A stretch of DNA of 64,000 nt from a bacterium (GTDB taxonomy: Bacteria; DUMJ01), in assembly GCA_049969715.1 (NCBI GenBank), contig JBMFOH010000009.1, forward strand, positions 850 through 64,849, written 5' to 3'. Shown piece by piece: positions 59,259 to 64,000 of the stretch (positions within the stretch are counted from its first letter, which is position 1; the number at the start of each line of letters is the position of its first letter). Both the position numbers and the translations under genes were made by a program. A model generated the notes under the pieces. It saw nothing but the letters and a program-made list of their open reading frames with translations. It was not told where the DNA came from and did no database searches.

Positions 59259-60704
59259 TTATCCTATGAATATTGGATTGGTGAGAGCTACTAGCTCTCC
59301 ATTCTTCCAGAATTCAAGATACACATAACCTGGCTCTTGTAGTATAAGATCTGTCCTCCCTATAGATGTATTCCTTATAGAATTAATCTCTTTACCATTA
59401 TAGATAACCTTAAGGTCTGATTCTATAGAGATGGAATAATTCAAATTTATAGGCAGATTAGATGTTTTTATGGTATCTCCTATCTGAGCGTTACCAATAC
59501 TAAAGCCAACCTCTGGACCTCTAGTAACGTAAACCCTTCCCCTCTTTATAGAGTCTAATAGATTAGACAGTGTCAATTCTTCTACTAACACATATGTAAT
59601 AGGGACATCAGGATGGATATCCCCCAATGAATGTATATCTGTAGAACCTAATCCTACTATCCTGTAACCACTATTTAGTAGATTTCGCCATAATTTTAGA
59701 CATTCAGTATTCTCATGCCTTCTCTGGCTGAATGTCCCTGCCCATACCTCTAAGGCATCTACATATCTCCAGTCTATATCCATAATACATCTACAACCTG
59801 TACAGACAGGGTCTCCTATAGTAAATGGATGGGCAACACAGAAGAGTCCGCCTTGGGAATGGACCTCTTTAGAGACCTCAACTATTCCTTTTTGCGGGTT
59901 TATTTTATCCCATTCTATATATCTTGTTGTGTTGAATGCTGTAAAATGCCCCCAGAATGTAGTAAATTCTATCCCAGGTAAGAGGGGAAATTTTTCGTTT
60001 CTAGCGGTTTCCCAACCAGAAATCTTATTGTGGTCAGTAAGGAAGATGAAATCAAGTCCTCTGTCAATAGCATTTTTTACTAACTCCTCTATCGATAGAC
60101 TTCCATCACTGTGTTTAGAGTGGGAGTGAAAGTCCCCTTTAACCCAACCCCTCTTAGGTTTATTCTCCCGCCATATAGGATGATATGGACCATCTAGTTC
60201 TGGGATATCAGAGCTAGACTCCTTTTCATTGAGCTCAATCCTTAATTCTAAGTTACACCTATCTATAACGGCATGGGTTTCAACTACCAGTCTCCATATG
60301 CCAGGATGGACCTTGCCAGAGACACAACCAAAGGAACTAATAGTACTACCTATCTTTATAGGAATCCCATTAGAGATTCTACTGTCACCTGTTCCTCTAA
60401 AGTTTCCTAGAGGGTCAAAGATTCTAAAATTTATAAGGTTTCGTACTGGGATAAACTCCTCCATAGTTTTTTCTAAAATAGGGGTAGGAAGGGCATCTAC
60501 ATCTAGAGGTGTATCCCCTTGATTTAGATAGGTCCTCAATGCATTCCTGGCTAATTCTTTAGATAAAGTTTCATCGGCGGCATCAGGTTTATAAGACCCT
60601 CTTATTATTATCTCTTCTATCCCCTCTTTTACTTCAAAAGTTATGGGGTAATGTTTCTTTGTATCCTTCTCTGTAAGGTCGAAATTAAAGGTATACTGTA
60701 ACAT
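59259..60704 (-). CDS. PHP-domain metallohydrolase (CehA/McbA-like) with a C-terminal beta-domain
   Basis: GDFHSHSKHSDGS…FLTDHN PHP motifs. Confidence 0.65.
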   Translation of the reverse strand: MLQYTFNFDLTEKDTKKHYPITFEVKEGIEEIIIRGSYKPDAADETLSKELARNALRTYLNQGDTPLDVDALPTPILEKTMEEFIPVRNLINFRIFDPLGNFRGTGDSRISNGIPIKIGSTISSFGCVSGKVHPGIWRLVVETHAVIDRCNLELRIELNEKESSSDIPELDGPYHPIWRENKPKRGWVKGDFHSHSKHSDGSLSIEELVKNAIDRGLDFIFLTDHNKISGWETARNEKFPLLPGIEFTTFWGHFTAFNTTRYIEWDKINPQKGIVEVSKEVHSQGGLFCVAHPFTIGDPVCTGCRCIMDIDWRYVDALEVWAGTFSQRRHENTECLKLWRNLLNSGYRIVGLGSTDIHSLGDIHPDVPITYVLVEELTLSNLLDSIKRGRVYVTRGPEVGFSIGNAQIGDTIKTSNLPINLNYSISIESDLKVIYNGKEINSIRNTSIGRTDLILQEPGYVYLEFWKNGELVALTNPIFIG

Positions 60705-60861
60705 TTATAGGCCTCCTTTTTTAATCTCTCTTCTAAGAGATACATTCTACCATATCTAATACTAAAGGACAAACTCTCTAACCAAAGTGATGAGGTCCTT
60801 TACCTATATGCCCAATAGTAATAGCATCTGCAGGGTAATATCCTATATACAGGAGATGAAG

Positions 60862-61725
60862 ATGAAAATGAAAAGATTATTTTTAGTAATTTTAATCATC
60901 TTAATAGTACAGAAGGTAGCGTGGGGAGGAGAACCTAGTAAGCAATCCTTAATTACATTTTCATTCTCTAGAACTCAGGTAGAATTTAATATTAATGATA
61001 TAACGAAGTCCTATATACAGAGTGTTGACATAGGAATATCTGAAGGACTAGATAATGTAGAGACATTTTGTCAGATAGACCTTCAGGGTATTCCAAAGGA
61101 TAGAATACTTGTAGCATTTGGACCAAATCCGATGGATGTAAACTTTTCTCCGGTCAAAAAAGATGTCCGACTTACTAATGGGAAGGGAAGATTCTTATTC
61201 CCTATAAGTATAAAGTTTATACCATCTTGGCAGGATAAACCTGGAAGATACGAGGGAAGGATTAGTATTCTCTATAGGGAAGGTTCTAATAATACTATCT
61301 TAGGTGCAACCATTCCTATAGTGATAAATATCCAACCTGTTCTAGTGATTATAGTATGGACAGAGCCTAGATATAGTGAGGATTTAGAGATATCTTTTAG
61401 GGTACCTTCACCAGGGGAATGGAAGTCAAGGGAGAAGCTTTGGCTCTCCATAGGTACAAACTATAACTCTTGGAACTTACAGCTAACGGCAAATCCTCTG
61501 GTCCATGAGAAGTTTCAGAATAGTGTAATTGATTCCAAGGACCTGTCTGTGAGGATAGGGAATCAGGATAAGAACCTAGCCAATCCAGTAATAGTATCTT
61601 CAGGGAGCAGTGGGGCACAAATAACGGTAGGTCCAATAGAATTCAAACTTAAAGTGACTCCAGAGACTAGAGCTGGAGATTATACAGGTAACCTTGAGTT
61701 TACTTTCTTTGGAACACCGAGATGA
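60862..61725 (+). CDS. Hypothetical secreted protein
   Basis: Start re-called to MKMKRLFLVILIILIV (signal peptide), 6 nt after AGGAG. No known family. Confidence 0.45.
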   Translation: MKMKRLFLVILIILIVQKVAWGGEPSKQSLITFSFSRTQVEFNINDITKSYIQSVDIGISEGLDNVETFCQIDLQGIPKDRILVAFGPNPMDVNFSPVKKDVRLTNGKGRFLFPISIKFIPSWQDKPGRYEGRISILYREGSNNTILGATIPIVINIQPVLVIIVWTEPRYSEDLEISFRVPSPGEWKSREKLWLSIGTNYNSWNLQLTANPLVHEKFQNSVIDSKDLSVRIGNQDKNLANPVIVSSGSSGAQITVGPIEFKLKVTPETRAGDYTGNLEFTFFGTPR

Positions 61726-61742
61726 GAGGAAGGATTGGCTTA

Positions 61743-62540
61743 ATGGGAAAGATAGTTATATGCACAGCATTAGCAACATCTGCCTTCTTGGCAGAAGATG
61801 TCTTAGGAGAGATAAGGATGTCTATTTCTCCACCTGTATTAGAGATATCCTTAAAACCTGGCACAAGTTATGATTTTACTATCTTCTTGACTAACCTAGG
61901 AGGTACCCCTTTAAGTATAGTATCTAAAGTTCTTCCATTTACGTTGGATGAGTTTGGAACCCTCATCCTATTGGAAAAACCTGATGAATGGAGCTGTACG
62001 GATTGGATAAAGCTTGAAAGGGATCGATTCGAGATACCAGAGAATAGTACTATCCCAGTTAAAGGTAAGGTTACTGTCCCATGGGGAATGACAGGGGGGA
62101 GACATGCTGCAGTAGTCTTTGAGGTAAGTAGTAGAGAGGCTAAAGAGGGAATGGGTGTAAGGATAAAGAGCGGGACATTAATATTTGTGTCTATACCTTT
62201 TACCGAGAAAAAGAGTGCTTCTATTGAATCCTTTTCTAGTAAAAAGGACCTATCTGGGAATGTAGTATTCTCTATCCTTGTAGAGAATACAGGGAATACC
62301 TATATGAAGATAGAAGGAGATATCCTGATAAAGGACTCTCTAGGGAGGATAGTAAGAAGTATCCCTATCAAAGACGACTACTTGATTCTTCCTTATGGGA
62401 AAAGATTAATTCAGAGTGTATGGGAAGAAGCCTGTGAAGGAGAGTTTGTTGGAAATGTAAGGCTAAATTATGAGGGGCATAAACCCTTGGAGGCATCTAC
62501 CAGTTTTTTGGTAGAGCCTAGTAAGGAAGGTGCAAAATGA
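61743..62540 (+). CDS. Hypothetical secreted protein (possible Ig-like/chaperone-like fold)
   Basis: Signal peptide MGKIVICTALATSAFLA with a GGAAGG RBS. The alternative ATG at 61722 overlaps the upstream stop. Confidence 0.45.
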   Translation: MGKIVICTALATSAFLAEDVLGEIRMSISPPVLEISLKPGTSYDFTIFLTNLGGTPLSIVSKVLPFTLDEFGTLILLEKPDEWSCTDWIKLERDRFEIPENSTIPVKGKVTVPWGMTGGRHAAVVFEVSSREAKEGMGVRIKSGTLIFVSIPFTEKKSASIESFSSKKDLSGNVVFSILVENTGNTYMKIEGDILIKDSLGRIVRSIPIKDDYLILPYGKRLIQSVWEEACEGEFVGNVRLNYEGHKPLEASTSFLVEPSKEGAK

Positions 62541-63952
62541 AAACCTATCTTTTGATCCTCCTACTTTTGGTAGTAACTGGAAGTTCTTTAGGGGTAGACC
62601 TATATAGATATGATAGAGGACAATGGGTAAAGCTTCCAGAGCCAAATGAATATGGTTCAGTAGAGACAATAGGAGATGCTACAGGAGGATACTGCAACAA
62701 ATCTGTCTGGGATGTAGGATGGAAGATTGGTACCAATGAGATTATAGAAGGTTCTAGTGTATCTTTTAAGGACCTAAAACTTGGCTACATATATAATAAA
62801 GATAATACTAATATAAATCTACTCCTTACTATACTTGAGAAGAAAGAAGGACTTGTTCAACTTGCCCATTCTAAATCTATAGTCCTCGAAGGGGAGTCTG
62901 CAGTGGTAAGTTTTGAGGAAGACCTCTTTAGAATCTTTGAAGGATATAATATCTCTTATTATTCTCCTATTTCTTCTGTACTCAGTGTTAATGTGCGACC
63001 TATAATGAAGGACAAGAGGATAGATGTAGAGATAAAGATAAATTCAGACTATATAACTGATGCATCTACAAAAAGAAGTGGTGTAGCTACTACAAATGTA
63101 GAGTTAACTGAGGATAAGATTGCAGTAATAGGAGGAATTGTAGAGGAAAGGGGGTCCCTTACTAGGGAAGGAGCCTTTTTACCTGTTATCCCCACTGGAA
63201 AAGAGAGTAAGGACTCCTTTATTATACTTCTCTCTGCCAAAACCATTCCAGAGTATGATGATGCCAGTATGATTGTTGCTACTCAGCTTGATATATATAA
63301 AAAAGATATGAATACTAAAGTTGTTAATCATCCATCAAAGGAGTTAGACCTTTCGGTTTATCCTGTCTCGATAGTTGATTTTGACATTAGAGACCCTCTA
63401 CATACCACTGTAAAATCAGGGCTAGAGCTAAAGGGAACATTTCCCATAGATGTAAGTAGTACCCTTTCTCTTTCTGGTATATATATTCCTGATGGAATGA
63501 AGACAGGTAAGATAGAGATAGATTCTTCTATCAATAGCTTAGATGGGTATATAGGACTTGGATACAGGGTAGCTATATTAGACCCTACCTCTCTGAACTG
63601 CCTCTATATGGCGATTGATGGTAAGACGTATCCAGTAGATAGCCTTTCTTTAAATGGGAAACTATTTTGGTTATTATTAAACGATAGCAGAGAGGATAGT
63701 TTAAAAGGAACTGTTGGCGTAGGTATATCATCTCAGTATAAGGTATCAAAAGATATAGACTTAAGCCTTGAATACTTTAGAGCTTACCAAAAGGCGATAT
63801 TGTCATCGATAAGGTTGGAGCTGAGTATGAAGTTGAACTCTTCCTCTCGATTTACTATAGGGTACGATATAAGAGAATCTATCTATCAGGATAATCTATT
63901 AGATAATTCTTATGGCAAAGGGGTTTATTTAAGAATTGATCGGAAATTCTGA
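62537..63952 (+). CDS. Secreted protein with a degenerate secretin-like core and a C-terminal domain ending in Phe
   Basis: Signal peptide. Residues about 150-240 (DKIAVIGGIVEE…GAFLPVIPTGKE…SFIILLSAKTI) align with the secretin GQTVVLGGLISD…VPFLGDIPILG…ELLIFLTPRII block. The C-terminus is …YLRIDRKF. ATGA overlap with the upstream gene. Confidence 0.4.
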   Translation: MKTYLLILLLLVVTGSSLGVDLYRYDRGQWVKLPEPNEYGSVETIGDATGGYCNKSVWDVGWKIGTNEIIEGSSVSFKDLKLGYIYNKDNTNINLLLTILEKKEGLVQLAHSKSIVLEGESAVVSFEEDLFRIFEGYNISYYSPISSVLSVNVRPIMKDKRIDVEIKINSDYITDASTKRSGVATTNVELTEDKIAVIGGIVEERGSLTREGAFLPVIPTGKESKDSFIILLSAKTIPEYDDASMIVATQLDIYKKDMNTKVVNHPSKELDLSVYPVSIVDFDIRDPLHTTVKSGLELKGTFPIDVSSTLSLSGIYIPDGMKTGKIEIDSSINSLDGYIGLGYRVAILDPTSLNCLYMAIDGKTYPVDSLSLNGKLFWLLLNDSREDSLKGTVGVGISSQYKVSKDIDLSLEYFRAYQKAILSSIRLELSMKLNSSSRFTIGYDIRESIYQDNLLDNSYGKGVYLRIDRKF

Positions 63953-64000
63953 CTATTGACAGATATCATTTTATGATGATACAATAAAGATGTTGATTTT

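Noticed and set aside
1-64000. CRISPR arrays, tRNA or rRNA genes, transposons or prophage
   Set aside because: I noticed no repeat-spacer periodicity and no integrase, transposase or capsid-like proteins. Intergenic regions are all shorter than about 350 nt and the ones I read show no tRNA-like motifs. This is a by-eye assessment, and tRNAscan or Infernal would be definitive.

Overview
This is a densely coded, AT-rich 64 kb chromosomal segment (roughly one third G+C by eye, not computed). The proteins are rich in Lys, Glu and Ile, and there are OstA-like and secretin-like secreted proteins, so the source is probably a thermophilic, diderm-type bacterium. That is an inference, and I do not assign a taxon. 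I found no rRNA, tRNA, CRISPR array, transposase or integrase. The ORF track allows TTG and GTG starts and often over-extends N-termini, so I re-called several starts from ribosome-binding sites (RBS) and conserved N-termini. The window has six main parts. (1) 2.3-10.9 kb, minus strand: a translationally coupled DNA-repair supercluster uvrB-uvrA-uvrC-ogt-yvlD(holin_4_2 family)-pyrF-NUDIX. A 41-nt palindrome lies just upstream of uvrB. (2) 11.2-16.4 kb, plus strand: proA-proC followed by two Gfo/Idh/MocA oxidoreductases and nagA. (3) 16.4-21.9 kb, minus strand: a folate-flavoured string folT-like ECF S component, isoaspartyl peptidase, yhaM-like, folD, 5-formyl-THF cyclo-ligase, lpd and fur. 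(4) 24.1-33.5 kb, plus strand: O-antigen ligase-like, GT4, miaA, dapF, dapL-like and ynbB-like genes, two secreted hypotheticals and a Zn-ADH. An FMN riboswitch with a terminator precedes a ribU-type ECF S component. (5) 34.4-43.6 kb: a solitary flagellin gene with a near-consensus sigma-28 promoter and CsrA-type GGA hairpins in its leader. It sits in a putative glycosylation island made of a TPR-GT2 protein, a 950-aa MTase-MTase-GT2 protein and rfbA-rfbC-rfbB. The rfb operon is led by a small coiled-coil protein with a nuclease-like (PD-(D/E)xK) motif. (6) 44-64 kb: hflX with a long N-terminal extension, a DHDPS-like/deoC/prepilin-peptidase operon, a type IV pilin with a strong sigma-70 promoter, an oligopeptide-type binding protein, rmuC-like/pspC/geranylgeranyl-reductase genes, an ABC-2 exporter divergent from an ECF sigma/ZAS anti-sigma/RseB-like trio, a ferredoxin and PHP hydrolase, and a three-gene operon of secreted proteins whose last member carries a degenerate secretin-like core. 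The candidates I consider most novel are the flagellin modification island, the secretin-like operon and the all-in-one uvrBAC-ogt operon.
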